DNA of 64,000 nucleotides from Nitrospirota bacterium (GCA_963740085.1 CAVUCU010000001.1:512001-576000), one strand, 5' to 3'. Numbered from the stretch's first letter, positions 10,420 to 21,930 are shown. Notes: generated by a model from the sequence alone, not told the origin. Made by a program: numbers and translations.

Positions 10420-10468
10420 GGGGTCAGGTCTTGGAAAGTCAGTTTCTTATATTTCAAGACCTGTCCCC
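10420..10468. repeat. REP-like palindrome (GGGGTCAGGTCTTG type)
   Basis: GGGGTCAGGTCTTG ... CAAGACCTGTCCCC, flanked by short tandem duplications GAATAATTG and CCCATATCTG. Confidence 0.75.
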
Positions 10469-10546
10469 ATATCTGCTCCCATATCTGTTCCTAAGCTTGG
10501 ACTCTCTCTGGCAAAGGGATTTGGGCGTGATCCCCAGCGCACACCG

Positions 10547-11014
10547 CTAGCCGACTTTGCCTGGATGTTCGCGCCGAACCATCTGGATCACCTGGTCCAG
10601 TTTCTGCAAAAAGCTTGACCTGTCGCGTTTGGAGAAGGGGGCCGGCCCCCCGGTGATCTCGCCGTTCCCACGCAGTTCTGCAAGCAGGTTACGGGTTGCG
10701 ACCGCATCTCCGATGTTTTCCTCGGTAAAGGCCTTCCCCGTTGGGCCGATCGCGTAGGCACCAGCCTTGATGCATCGGCTCGCGAGAAGGACATCAGCCG
10801 TGATCACGATGTCGTGGGGAGTGACATTGGCAACGATCCAGTTGTCGGCCTCATCTACCCCATCGCCGACAACGTGAAGTACAATTCCATCCTCTGTGGG
10901 CACTCGCATCCAGGAGTTGGCCACCAGGGTGACACCTATATGATACCTGGCTGCAACCCGGTAGACCTCTTGCTTCACCGGGCATGCGTCAGCATCTACG
11001 AAAATATTCAGCAA
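10547..11014 (-). CDS. YaiI/YqxD (UPF0178) family protein
   Basis: IFVDADACPVK, DEADNWI and DIVITADVLLA motifs. Confidence 0.92.
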   Translation of the reverse strand: MLNIFVDADACPVKQEVYRVAARYHIGVTLVANSWMRVPTEDGIVLHVVGDGVDEADNWIVANVTPHDIVITADVLLASRCIKAGAYAIGPTGKAFTEENIGDAVATRNLLAELRGNGEITGGPAPFSKRDRSSFLQKLDQVIQMVRREHPGKVG

Positions 11015-11092
11015 TCGATATCCTTGTTTGACAAGCTCAAAAGGAATCCAGTGAGGTTGTCTCTAGCCGATCCATCGTTCAATTGTTTTGAT

Positions 11093-11962
11093 CTAGTCAA
11101 GCGCCCCATGTTCTTTTGCAGTCTTGATCCAGTGTTCGGCCAGTTCGGCAGGATTTGCGCCCAGACCACGGCCAAGGTGCAGCGCCAGTCCCATCATTAA
11201 TTCCGATGCTTTGCGGAAATCGGTGATATTGTCCAGTGTGCCAAATGATTCTTGCGCTTTCAAGAAGAGCAGATCGTGATGCTGGCGAGAAAAAGCTATG
11301 GGATCAGGTAAGCCATCCGCTAACTCAGGGATCATCAGCAGGTCTATCCACTCGGTACCAAGCCGGTCATGCAATTGTTCGGGCTCTTCTCTACCCATCT
11401 CTCGCCAAAGACCCAATGTCTGCCGGTCACCCGATTCGGCCAAACCACTTTCCAGCAGGAGGGCGAAAGCGCTATCAGCTAAATTTTGCATCACTTCGAG
11501 ATACTCATCCTGAGCAACTTCGAAGCGCTTCGTGGCCTGTCCTTCAATGTAGGCGGCGACACTCAATTGAGGCAAACCTAAGACTTCCGGACACCCTTCC
11601 ATACAGGGTAAATCACTCCCTTGGTACAGGTAGTACAGTTCCTCGCCCTGCCGTTGGCGGCCAAGAGGATATAACCGGCAGGCCAATGGGCGCCCCAAAT
11701 ACACGCTGCATCCAAAATCAGGTACATATTGGCTGCACGCCGGCTGCTGTTTCCAGCCGGGTGCACCATCAAAACGCAAATGGATGCCGCCAAAATCGCA
11801 GTAACGATCACGAAAGGCCCTCGGGGTCAGTCCTTTTGCTTCAGCCAGACACACCAGTTCCCACGGGTTCAGCCTGACAGTTTTGCCATGACAGCAGGTG
11901 CCTGAACGTGAACAGGTAAGTGGCAGATTATCAGTAAGGGTGAGTTTTGTCGTGACTGACAT
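11093..11962 (-). CDS. YkgJ-family (CxxCxxCC-like) cysteine-cluster protein
   Basis: CSRSGTCC, CSVYLGRPLACRLYP and CMEGCP motifs. Confidence 0.85.
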   Translation of the reverse strand: MSVTTKLTLTDNLPLTCSRSGTCCHGKTVRLNPWELVCLAEAKGLTPRAFRDRYCDFGGIHLRFDGAPGWKQQPACSQYVPDFGCSVYLGRPLACRLYPLGRQRQGEELYYLYQGSDLPCMEGCPEVLGLPQLSVAAYIEGQATKRFEVAQDEYLEVMQNLADSAFALLLESGLAESGDRQTLGLWREMGREEPEQLHDRLGTEWIDLLMIPELADGLPDPIAFSRQHHDLLFLKAQESFGTLDNITDFRKASELMMGLALHLGRGLGANPAELAEHWIKTAKEHGALD

Positions 11963-12223
11963 CGTGAGTTTTCTTTCTGGAACCTACGTCCAAAGAGTGT
12001 CAGGTCTTTCCGATCGGCTGATTATCACGCCCTGTCCCCGGTGGGGCGAAGGAAACGGCTTAGAAACGACTCAGTTGATGCTATTGATGCTCTCCGCTGT
12101 TACTCATAGCCACATGCTCATGAGCAACATGCAGGCAACGAGGACAATAAACTGATTGAAAACTCTACTACAAGTAGTTGCAAAGGGCAAGCAAAGAATC
12201 CTCTATGAGTTGCGCTCATATGC

Positions 12224-12287
12224 TCATCGCTTCAAATAAAAAGGCCCCACAAAGGGGGCCTTTGATAATTCTTCATCTATTCGATAG
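12224..12287 (-). terminator. leuA intrinsic terminator within direct repeat copy B
   Basis: On the minus strand, AAAGGCCCCC-TTTGT-GGGGCCTTT followed by T-rich sequence, just after the leuA stop. Confidence 0.8.
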
Positions 12288-12308
12288 CGACGATCCGCGA
12301 AAACCGGA

Positions 12309-13838
12309 TTAACTGTTTTTTGGCCTTCCCTTTTTCCAATATTCCAGTTTGTTCAGCGCGTTCACGTAGGCCTTGGCGCTTGCGATAATGATGTCCGTGT
12401 CAGCGCCGTGGCCCGCGATCTTCTTTCCCTCTTCCTCTATCTTCACGGTCACCTCACCGAGAGCGTCCGTGCCGCCGGTAATTCCCTTCACCAGATAGGC
12501 GTCGAGCTTGCTCTTCGTTCCCGTCATAAGAGCGATCGTCCGGTACACTGCGTCCACGGGACCGTCGCCGGTGCCGTTCTGTTTCACCGTCTTGCCATTG
12601 ACCTCCATCTCAACCGTTGCCGCGGGCATGATACCGGTACCGCTCTCGGCGCGAAGGTTCTTCAGCACATACACTTCCCGGATCTGCTGCATCTCGTCGG
12701 AGACAATGGCCTCAAGGTCCTCATCAAACACTTCCTTTTTCTGGTCCGCAACGTGTTTGAACCGCTCGAAGGCCTTATTCAGGTCATCGTCGGAAAGATC
12801 ATATCCCATCTGCTTCAGCCGGTCGCGGAAGGCATGCCTGCCTGAGTGCTTGCCGAGCACCAGGTTGGTCTTGACCAGACCGATCGATTCCGGGCTCATG
12901 ATCTCGTAGGTGGTACGCTCTTTCAAAAGCCCGTCCTGGTGGATACCGGACTCGTGCGCAAAGGCATTTGCCCCCACGATCGCCTTATTCGGCTGCACCG
13001 GAATTCCGGTGATCTTGGTCACGAGCCTGCTCGTCCGCGTGATCTCTTCCGAATTCACCCGGGAATCGGCGTTAAAAAAGTCCTTTCTCGTGCGGAGCGC
13101 CATGACAACCTCTTCCATGGAGCAGTTGCCTGCCCGCTCGCCGATCCCGTTCACCGTGCACTCGACCTGCTCCGCGCCGTTTCGGATCGCGGACAGTACG
13201 TTCGCAACCGCAAGACCCAGGTCGTTGTGACAATGAACGGAGATCACCACCCTGTCGATGTTCGGGACACTGTCCCTGATGCCCTTGATCAGTGCGCCGA
13301 ACTCCTCGGGAGTCGCATAGCCTACCGTATCGGGGATGTTTACCGTATTTGCCCCCGCCTCGATCACTGCCTGAACGACCTCATGAAGGTAGGAAATATC
13401 CGTCCGGGTGGCGTCCATGGGAGAGAACTCAACGTCGTCCACGTACGAGCGCGCGAGTTTGACCATCTCGACGGAACGTTTCAACGCCTCTTCGCGCGAG
13501 ATCCGGTACTGATGCTTCAGGTGGATATCGGAGGTCGAGTGAAAGGTATGGATACGCCGCTTCGGGGCATCTTTCAGGGCCTCCCAGGCGCGGTCGATGT
13601 CCTCCTTCCGCGCCCGCGCCAGGCTGCAGATCACCGGGCCTTCGACCTCGGCGCTGATCCTCCTGATGGCCTCGAAATCACCGGGGGAGCTGATGGCGAA
13701 CCCCGCCTCGATGATATCCACCCCGAGCCGGGCAAGCTGCTTCGCAAGGGTGATCTTTTCCTCCACGTTCATGCTCGCACCCGGGGACTGCTCCCCGTCG
13801 CGGAGCGTGGTATCGAATATTCTGATGATCTTGTTCAT
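12309..13838 (-). CDS. leuA: 2-isopropylmalate synthase
   Basis: DTTLRDGEQSPG, HCHNDLGLA, GERAGN and HESGIHQDG motifs plus C-terminal regulatory domain. Confidence 0.96.
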   Translation of the reverse strand: MNKIIRIFDTTLRDGEQSPGASMNVEEKITLAKQLARLGVDIIEAGFAISSPGDFEAIRRISAEVEGPVICSLARARKEDIDRAWEALKDAPKRRIHTFHSTSDIHLKHQYRISREEALKRSVEMVKLARSYVDDVEFSPMDATRTDISYLHEVVQAVIEAGANTVNIPDTVGYATPEEFGALIKGIRDSVPNIDRVVISVHCHNDLGLAVANVLSAIRNGAEQVECTVNGIGERAGNCSMEEVVMALRTRKDFFNADSRVNSEEITRTSRLVTKITGIPVQPNKAIVGANAFAHESGIHQDGLLKERTTYEIMSPESIGLVKTNLVLGKHSGRHAFRDRLKQMGYDLSDDDLNKAFERFKHVADQKKEVFDEDLEAIVSDEMQQIREVYVLKNLRAESGTGIMPAATVEMEVNGKTVKQNGTGDGPVDAVYRTIALMTGTKSKLDAYLVKGITGGTDALGEVTVKIEEEGKKIAGHGADTDIIIASAKAYVNALNKLEYWKKGRPKNS

Positions 13839-13938
13839 AATCAGTTCCTCACCATCATGCGGACCGCAAATCCCGCATGAGCGGACAGAATAATATAAAA
13901 AAGGTGTATCTACTCAGGTCAAATCAGGTCAAAATCTG

Positions 13939-14036
13939 TTAGCCGCGAAAGAACGCAAGGATCGCAGAGAGAATTAAAACTGAAATACATGGTTTCAGGT
14001 TTTTTCTTTGAGTTCTTTGCGTTCTATTGCGGCTAA
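13939..14036. repeat. Intergenic palindromic element with 9-bp-period arms
   Basis: TTAGCCGCGAAAGAACGCAAGGATCGCAGAG ... CTTTGAGTTCTTTGCGTTCTATTGCGGCTAA. Confidence 0.8.
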
Positions 14037-14089
14037 TCTGAGTAGTCACGAAAAGGTAACTGCTCAGGTCGGTTTCGGAACGCAGTCGC

Positions 14090-14122
14090 AAAAAAAGAGA
14101 TTAAGGCCGCCTTCTTAATCTC
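14090..14122 (-). terminator. Intrinsic terminator between pssA and leuA
   Basis: GAGATTAAG-loop-CTTAATCTC followed by T7 on the minus strand. Confidence 0.7.
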
Positions 14123-14154
14123 CTGCATCCTCACTCTTGAGGTTTCTGAATGGA

Positions 14155-14904
14155 CTAAGAAGTGACCGTTTTCCGTTTTCTGAGAGATCGGTACAGGGCC
14201 TCGGCCAAACCGATCAATACATAAGTCAGTGAAACAAAAAACAGGACGAGCGCGGGATGATATGCCACCAGCGCTACAAATGCCGCAATGATGACCAGTA
14301 TCCCGAAGGGTCGTCGCTCCTTCAGATTGGCTTCCTTCAGGCCATGGTAGGTGATATTGCTGACCATGAGGCCGGCGAGCAGGAACGTCATCGCCAACAC
14401 CCAGTAATCCTTGCCTACCACATCGGCCAGCCGCACCAGTTTCCATTGCTCAAGGTTTTCGATGACATCTTCGTACGCAAGCACGGTGGTGGCGATCATC
14501 AGGGCGGCGGCAGGCGTCGGTAGCCCGGTAAAGTGTTTTTTCTCCGCGCCGCTCATCTGCACATTGAACCTCGCAAGCCGGAGTGCCGCGCAGGCCACCA
14601 GGAAGAACGCGCCCAGCCAGCCGAGCTTGCCGAAGGACGAGAGCGTCCAGGTATACACCAGGACGCCCGGCGCAACACCAAAGGAGATAACGTCCGAAAG
14701 CGAATCTATCTCAATGCCGAAGCGTGTTGCCGTATGCGTAATCCTCGCGACCCACCCGTCCAATACATCAAAGACCGACGCGATCATGATGGCCCATGCG
14801 GCCCGCTCATAATCGGAATTGAGCGAAGCCACGATGGAATAGAAGCCCCCGAACATGCTCAGCAGCGTTATAAGATTGGGAAGGATGTAAATTCCTTTTC
14901 TCAA
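14155..14904 (-). CDS. pssA: CDP-diacylglycerol--serine O-phosphatidyltransferase
   Basis: DVLDGWVAR...GIEIDSLSDVISFGVAP and LRLARFN motifs; adjacent to psd. Confidence 0.93.
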   Translation of the reverse strand: MRKGIYILPNLITLLSMFGGFYSIVASLNSDYERAAWAIMIASVFDVLDGWVARITHTATRFGIEIDSLSDVISFGVAPGVLVYTWTLSSFGKLGWLGAFFLVACAALRLARFNVQMSGAEKKHFTGLPTPAAALMIATTVLAYEDVIENLEQWKLVRLADVVGKDYWVLAMTFLLAGLMVSNITYHGLKEANLKERRPFGILVIIAAFVALVAYHPALVLFFVSLTYVLIGLAEALYRSLRKRKTVTS

Positions 14905-15545
14905 TGAAGCACCCCGATGACGTCCTGCGCGCCCTTGACACGGTCACCCAGCCTGACCCTGATCTCCGCAGTCTTGGGCAAAAAGATGTCCACCCGCGAG
15001 CCGAAACGGATCAGGCCGTACCGTTCGCCCGTTTTGATGGTATCTCCCGGCGTTGCATAGCATACAATCCGCCTCGCGATGAGTCCGGCGATCTGCTTCA
15101 CCAGAATTTTGTCCTTTCCGGCAGCAATGACCATCGAGGTCTGTTCGTTATCAAGCGAAGCTTTGTCCACGGATGCGACATGAAATTTGCCCGGGTTATA
15201 CTTGACGACCTCGATCGTGCCGCCGATCGGCGCTCGATTCACATGCACGTTGAACACCGACAGAAAAATGCTGATCTGCTTCACTTCCTGCTTCAGGTAT
15301 GCGGGCTCGTAGATGTCCTTGATCACGATCACTTTCCCGTCGGCAGGCGAGACCACCATGCCTTTGCCCCCGGGAACGGTGCGTTCCGGGTCACGGAAGA
15401 AGAACAGGACAAAAAGCGTGAGCACCAGTGAAACGGTAGCAGTACTCTTCCAGCCAAGTGCGAACAGCAACACCGTGACGATTGCAAGGGGGATGATGAA
15501 CGGCCAGCCTTCCGAGGCAACGGGTATTCCGTAGTTTTTCATCAT
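14901..15545 (-). CDS. psd: Phosphatidylserine decarboxylase proenzyme
   Basis: FFRDPER, SPADG, IFLSVFNVHVNR and RFGSRVD (cleavage site) motifs. Confidence 0.94.
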   Translation of the reverse strand: MMKNYGIPVASEGWPFIIPLAIVTVLLFALGWKSTATVSLVLTLFVLFFFRDPERTVPGGKGMVVSPADGKVIVIKDIYEPAYLKQEVKQISIFLSVFNVHVNRAPIGGTIEVVKYNPGKFHVASVDKASLDNEQTSMVIAAGKDKILVKQIAGLIARRIVCYATPGDTIKTGERYGLIRFGSRVDIFLPKTAEIRVRLGDRVKGAQDVIGVLH

Positions 15546-15599
15546 GGTGTTGAAGGTTTCTCCTGACTCCCGACTCCCGACTTCTGGCTCCCTCTGTTC

Positions 15600-16628
<1,029 letters not shown>

Positions 16629-16708
16629 TCAACAATGAATAATAATCTGGGTAACAATAAAGATGCCTGATGTGCCGCCCGTGCATCACGACCGGTCACG
16701 ACACGAAT

Positions 16709-17365
16709 CTACAGGAGCCGCTTTTTCACTTCGGCATCCTGGAATATCTGGTCCACGGCCGATGAGAGCGCCTCGGCAAGCGCAGCTTCCAGTCTTTCCT
16801 GTGAATAGAGGATCTCCTGGTCAACCGTGCTGTTCACATCGATCGTTCTGATAATCTTTTTTTCAACCGGGTCGCCGATCGTTATCTTGATTTGAACAGA
16901 GGCCTTCAAATGCGTTTGCATCGAAGTGGCCTTGGATTCCAGCCAAAGCGTCTTGATCTCGCCTCCGAGGAGAAGATCTACCCCTGCGGCGTTCATGCCT
17001 TCGGCCGTCAGATCCCAGCTGGCAATGTCCTTCACGGCAATTCCGCGCGCGATAAAGGCCTCCTTCATGATAGCCGTTACAGTCTCCGCCACCGTGCCCC
17101 GCACCACGAAATCATTTTGCATGCCGCTCGGGATAGTCCGTTTGCCCAGAACCGACGCAGGCACTCCCCGGTCATCCCGGAAGGGACTCACCCCAACGGA
17201 GATCTTTGTTCCTGCTGCCGCTTTTTCTGCCGGCGCCTGATAGCCGATCGTGAGAAGGACCGGCCCTTTCTCAGCACACGCGGACAGGATCATTGAAAGA
17301 ACGAACACCGGCACGATCAGACGCGCGCAAAACCCCATAGAATTCACCCGTTCCATACTCATCAC
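16709..17365 (-). CDS. Putative lipoprotein (YajG-like)
   Basis: Hydrophobic segment with LSAC lipobox and VSPFRDDRG motif; true start may be 17338. Confidence 0.7.
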   Translation of the reverse strand: MMSMERVNSMGFCARLIVPVFVLSMILSACAEKGPVLLTIGYQAPAEKAAAGTKISVGVSPFRDDRGVPASVLGKRTIPSGMQNDFVVRGTVAETVTAIMKEAFIARGIAVKDIASWDLTAEGMNAAGVDLLLGGEIKTLWLESKATSMQTHLKASVQIKITIGDPVEKKIIRTIDVNSTVDQEILYSQERLEAALAEALSSAVDQIFQDAEVKKRLL

Positions 17366-17378
17366 TCGTCACTCCTGA

Positions 17379-17852
17379 TTATTCCCTCGTTATCGCCACT
17401 TTGCCCGTACGCACGATCTCTTTGATGCCGATGGGTCTCAAGAGCTCAATGATCGCCGCGATCTTCTTTTCATCTCCTGTTATCTGGAACGTGTAGCTCT
17501 TCTGCGAAGAATCAACAACACGCGCGCGGAAAATATCTGCGATCCGGAGGGCCTCTGCCCGGTGCTCGGCAGGAGCATTGACCTTGATGAGGCACATCTC
17601 CCGTTCAACGAACTCCTTTTCCGCGAGGTCTGTAACCTTGATGACATCGATGAGCTTGTTGAGCTGCTTGATGATCTGCTCGAGGATGCGTTCATCCCCC
17701 GCGGTCACGATCGTCATCTGCGAGATCGTCGGATCGAGCGTGGGGCCGATCGAGATGGTCTCAATGTTGAACCCCCTGCCGCTGAAGAGTCCCGACACCC
17801 GCGACAGTACACCGAATTTGTTTTCCACCAGCACGGATATGATATGTTTCAT
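17379..17852 (-). CDS. ilvN: Acetolactate synthase small subunit
   Basis: [29 protein letters not shown] domain. Confidence 0.96.
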   Translation of the reverse strand: MKHIISVLVENKFGVLSRVSGLFSGRGFNIETISIGPTLDPTISQMTIVTAGDERILEQIIKQLNKLIDVIKVTDLAEKEFVEREMCLIKVNAPAEHRAEALRIADIFRARVVDSSQKSYTFQITGDEKKIAAIIELLRPIGIKEIVRTGKVAITRE

Positions 17853-17891
17853 AGGCTATTTTTCACTCCGAAATTCCGACTCCGAACCAAG

Positions 17892-19631
17892 TCATTTCAC
17901 CGCTCTCAGCTTTTTCTCTTCCTTCTTCTTCTCTTCCCCGAAGATCATCTCGTTGATGGACGCACCTGCGGGCACCATGGGAAATACCTTTTCGTACCTC
18001 GCCGTCACGAAGTCCATGAATACCGTCCGTTTGGACTTGAGCGCCTCCTTGAGCACCGGTACCACGTCCGCGGGCTTCACCGCGCGCAGGCCGACGGCGC
18101 CATAGGCCTCGGCCACCTTCACGAAGTCAGGCGTGCTGCCGAGGTCCACCGAGGAGTACCGTTCCTGGTAGAACAATTCCTGCCACTGTCTCACCATGCC
18201 GAGGAACCGGTTGTTCAGGATCACCACCTTGACGGGGATGTGGTTCTCCACCGACGTTGCAAGTTCCTGGATGTTCATCTGGATGCCGCCATCGCCGGAG
18301 ATGCAGAACACTTCTCGACTGGGATTGGCCACCTTGGCGCCGATTGCCGCCGGGAACCCGTACCCCATGGTCCCGAGTCCTCCGGAAGAGAGCCAGTTCC
18401 GGGGTTTGTCGAATTTGTAATACTGCGCGGCCCACATCTGGTGCTGGCCCACGTCGGTCACGATGATCGCATCTCCCTTCGTGACCTCGTAAAGCTTCTC
18501 GACCACGAATTGCGGTTTGATCACGTCATCGGCATATTCGTACGTGAGCGGCCTTTCGTCGCGCCAGCCGTCGATCTGCCTGAGCCAGCTCTTGCGGATC
18601 TGATCCCAGGGCTCTTTGATGCGGTGGAGTTCCTTGTTGAGGTCCACCATCACATGTTTCACATCACCTACGATCGGTATATCTACACGCACGTTCTTCC
18701 GGATCGAGGTTGGATCGACATCAATGTGGATGATCTTGGCATCCGGCGCAAAACCCTCCACCTTGCCGGTCACCCGGTCATCGAAGCGAGCGCCGATGGC
18801 GACAATGAGGTCGGAATTATGGATCGCCATGTTGGCATAGTACGTGCCGTGCATGCCGAGCATGCCGAGCGAGAGCGGATGCGTGCCGGGGAACCCGCCG
18901 ATGCCCATCAGGGTATGGGTCACCGGGATCTTCGTGATCTCGGCAAACTCGAGGATCTCCGCAGCGGCATCCGAAAGAATGACACCGCCGCCGATATAGG
19001 CCACAGGCTTCTTTGCTTTGGCGATCGCCTCGGCCGCCTGTTTGATCTGCCACTTATTTCCCGTAACGGTCGGATTGTAGCTCCTGATCTCGACCTTGTC
19101 GGGATAAATAAAATCAGCTTTGTTCGTCACCACATCACGCGGGAGGTCAACGAGCACCGGGCCCGGCCGTCCCGTTGAGGCTATATAGAAAGCCTCCTTG
19201 ATCGTCCGGGCGATATCCTTCACGTCCTTTATGAGAAAGTTGTACTTCGTGCAGGGTCGCGTGATGCCGACAATATCGGCCTCCTGGAACGCATCGTTGC
19301 CGATGAGCGCCGTCGGTACCTGGCCGGTGAACACCACGATCGGGATGGAATCCATGAATGCCGTGGTGAGGCCGGTGACCACGTTCGTGGCTCCGGGACC
19401 GGAGGTCACCAGGGCGACGCCGACTTTGCCCGTAGAGCGGGCATAACCATCGGCCATATGGACGCCGCCCTGCTCATGCCTCGGCAGGATCAATCGCACA
19501 TCCTTCTGATCGTAGAGGACGTCGAATATTTTGAGCACGACGCCGCCCGGATAGCAGAAGAGCGTGTCGACCTTCTCCTTCTTCAGACATTCGAGAAATA
19601 TTTCCGCACCGGTAATCTGTTTGTTGGACAT
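17892..19631 (-). CDS. ilvB: Acetolactate synthase large subunit
   Basis: RHEQGG, TSGPGATN, GGLGTMGYG and GDGG...NN TPP-binding motifs. Confidence 0.96.
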   Translation of the reverse strand: MSNKQITGAEIFLECLKKEKVDTLFCYPGGVVLKIFDVLYDQKDVRLILPRHEQGGVHMADGYARSTGKVGVALVTSGPGATNVVTGLTTAFMDSIPIVVFTGQVPTALIGNDAFQEADIVGITRPCTKYNFLIKDVKDIARTIKEAFYIASTGRPGPVLVDLPRDVVTNKADFIYPDKVEIRSYNPTVTGNKWQIKQAAEAIAKAKKPVAYIGGGVILSDAAAEILEFAEITKIPVTHTLMGIGGFPGTHPLSLGMLGMHGTYYANMAIHNSDLIVAIGARFDDRVTGKVEGFAPDAKIIHIDVDPTSIRKNVRVDIPIVGDVKHVMVDLNKELHRIKEPWDQIRKSWLRQIDGWRDERPLTYEYADDVIKPQFVVEKLYEVTKGDAIIVTDVGQHQMWAAQYYKFDKPRNWLSSGGLGTMGYGFPAAIGAKVANPSREVFCISGDGGIQMNIQELATSVENHIPVKVVILNNRFLGMVRQWQELFYQERYSSVDLGSTPDFVKVAEAYGAVGLRAVKPADVVPVLKEALKSKRTVFMDFVTARYEKVFPMVPAGASINEMIFGEEKKKEEKKLRAVK

Positions 19632-19737
19632 GGTTTGTACCCTATCTTAATAATCGAAGTTGGGATGTTGGGCGGTTGAGAAGGGATGCAGCCTTTTTGC
19701 TGTTTCTCACCTTCTCACCTTCTCAACCTCCTGATTT

Positions 19738-21390
19738 CTACGCTTTCACGATCGCGCCGGTATTCGCCGACGTTACAACCCGGGCATACCGCGCGAGCCA
19801 GCCGGTCGTGATCCTGGGCTCCCTTGGTCTCCATTTCGCAAGCCGTTTTTTGATCTCGGCCTTGGACAACCTTACCTCAAGCTTTCGGTTCGGGATGTCG
19901 AGGATGATCCGGTCTCCGTTCCGCACCACCGCGATCGGTCCGCCCTCGGCGGCCTCGGGAGAAATGTGTCCGATGCAGGGACCGCGCGTACCGCCCGAGA
20001 ACCTGCCGTCGGTCAGGAGCACAACGGATTCTCCAAGCCCCATACCGGAGATGGCCGAGGTGGGAGAGAGCATCTCGCGCATACCTGGACCGCCTTTGGG
20101 CCCCTCGTAGCGGATCACGAGCACATGGCCTGCCTTGATCTTGTTGTCCAGGATGGCCTTCATGGCCTCTTCCTCGGAATCGAACACGATGGCCGAGCCT
20201 TCGAACTTTTTCATCTTGTCGCTTACCGCAGTCTGCTTTACCACCGAACCGTTCGGCGCAAGATTGCCGGAGAGTACCGCAATGCCGCCCTCTTTGTGAT
20301 ATGCCTTATCAAGCGTTCGGATCACCTCATCATTCCCGACACGTCCGGCCTTTGCATTATCGATGATCGATCTGCCGCTCACGGTAGGTGATTTTTTGAG
20401 CACGTCCTTGAACCGCGAGAGTACACCGGGTATGCCGCCTGCAGCATCGAGGTCCTCCATATACGTAGGACCGCCGGGCAGCATGTTGCACAGATGCGGT
20501 GTCGTGCGGCTGATCTTGTCAAACATCCCGATCGAGAGCTCGATGCCGGCCTCATGCGCGATGGCAGGGATATGGAGCGTCGTATTCGTCGAGCCGCCGA
20601 GGGCCATATCAATGCGAATGGCATTCTCGAAGGCGTTCTTCGTCATGATCTTCCGCGGTGTGAGCTTCTCCGCTACCAGTCCAACTATCCTCTTGCCGCT
20701 CTCGAACGCGATCCTGCGCTTCTCGCCCGAGACAGCCAGCGCCGTGGCGCATCCCGGCAGGCTCATACCAAGCGATTCGGTTACGCAGGCCATAGTGTTC
20801 GCCGTGTACATCCCCTGGCACGAGCCTGGACCCGGGCAGGCACAGGTCTCGAGTTCGGCAAGATCAGCCGCGGACATCTCGCCCTTCCGCACCTTGCCGA
20901 CGGCCTCGAATGCTGAAATGAGATTCACCCGTTTGCCGTGAAAGATCCCTGAATGCATGGCGCCGGCAGTCACCACGATAGTCGGAATATTGAGCCGCGC
21001 AGAAGCCATGAGCATGCCCGGCGTGATCTTGTCGCAATTCGTGAGCAGCACCAGCCCGTCGAAGGCGTGGGCCATGGCAACAGACTCCACCATGTCAGCG
21101 ATCAATTCCCGGGACGGGAGCGAATAATTCATGCCCATGTGGCCCATGGCAATGCCGTCACAGATGCCGGGTATGCCGAAGAAGAGCGGCCACCCGCCGC
21201 CGGCGTGAACACCCTTCTCGATGAACCGCTCCAGATCCCGCATGCCGATGTGCCCGGGGATCAGGTCCGTAAAGCTCGTAGCAACACCGATCATGGGCTT
21301 CGCAAGCTCATCCCGGGTTATGCCCGTAGCGAATAAAAGAGACCTGTGCGCCGCGCGCTCCAGGCCCTTCTTGATACGATCACTCCTCAT
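19738..21390 (-). CDS. ilvD: Dihydroxy-acid dehydratase
   Basis: [35 protein letters not shown] and TDGRFSGG motifs. Confidence 0.96.
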   Translation of the reverse strand: MRSDRIKKGLERAAHRSLLFATGITRDELAKPMIGVATSFTDLIPGHIGMRDLERFIEKGVHAGGGWPLFFGIPGICDGIAMGHMGMNYSLPSRELIADMVESVAMAHAFDGLVLLTNCDKITPGMLMASARLNIPTIVVTAGAMHSGIFHGKRVNLISAFEAVGKVRKGEMSAADLAELETCACPGPGSCQGMYTANTMACVTESLGMSLPGCATALAVSGEKRRIAFESGKRIVGLVAEKLTPRKIMTKNAFENAIRIDMALGGSTNTTLHIPAIAHEAGIELSIGMFDKISRTTPHLCNMLPGGPTYMEDLDAAGGIPGVLSRFKDVLKKSPTVSGRSIIDNAKAGRVGNDEVIRTLDKAYHKEGGIAVLSGNLAPNGSVVKQTAVSDKMKKFEGSAIVFDSEEEAMKAILDNKIKAGHVLVIRYEGPKGGPGMREMLSPTSAISGMGLGESVVLLTDGRFSGGTRGPCIGHISPEAAEGGPIAVVRNGDRIILDIPNRKLEVRLSKAEIKKRLAKWRPREPRITTGWLARYARVVTSANTGAIVKA

Positions 21391-21452
21391 TAGTATTCTC
21401 CAAGATCGGAAATGATTGTAATTTTTAACATATAGTGAGGGAAAGAGTCAAT

Positions 21453-21490
21453 AAAAAAATCCCTCTTTACGCTCTCTTGTAAAGAGGGAT
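21453..21490 (-). terminator. Intrinsic terminator upstream of ilvD
   Basis: ATCCCTCTTTAC-loop-GTAAAGAGGGAT followed by a T run on the minus strand. Confidence 0.75.
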
Positions 21491-21554
21491 CCTCATGTTC
21501 ATTCAGCATTAATAAACACAAAAGGCAAGGTCTCTTTTCCTTGCCTTCACGATG

Positions 21555-21794
21555 TCAAGCTTGTCCTACCCTGGTACGCCTGATTATTTCCATCATCTTA
21601 TCTTTTGCCACCAGTTTCAGCTTTTGGATTCGCTTTCTTTCCACCTCTTCCTCAGGAGTAAGGTACCGGTGGGTCTCGAACGTCACCAAGGTGTCCTCGA
21701 GTTTTCTATGCTCCTGCTCCCACTTCTGGTATTCCGAATCCTCTATCCTGAGTCTTGTGACAAGTGCTTCTTCATTTACCTCCACATCCATCAT
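21555..21794 (-). CDS. DUF465/YdcH-family small coiled-coil protein
   Basis: EHRKLE...YLTPEEEVERKRIQKLKLVAKDKM pattern; AAGGAGG SD. Confidence 0.8.
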   Translation of the reverse strand: MMDVEVNEEALVTRLRIEDSEYQKWEQEHRKLEDTLVTFETHRYLTPEEEVERKRIQKLKLVAKDKMMEIIRRTRVGQA

Positions 21795-21930
21795 ATTTTG
21801 TCCCTCCTTTAGGGTTTAATATCTGTGAGAAGGTCCTAGGAAAGAGCAGATGAATATTTAATACTTGGTAAAAAAATAACACATATCCTGAGAAAAGGCA
21901 AGAAGGAATAATCAGTTTAAAAACAAAATG

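Noticed and set aside
14090-14175. Possible leucine attenuator upstream of leuA
   Set aside because: A terminator is present, but the frame with tandem Leu codons has no start codon; no leader peptide or T-box could be supported
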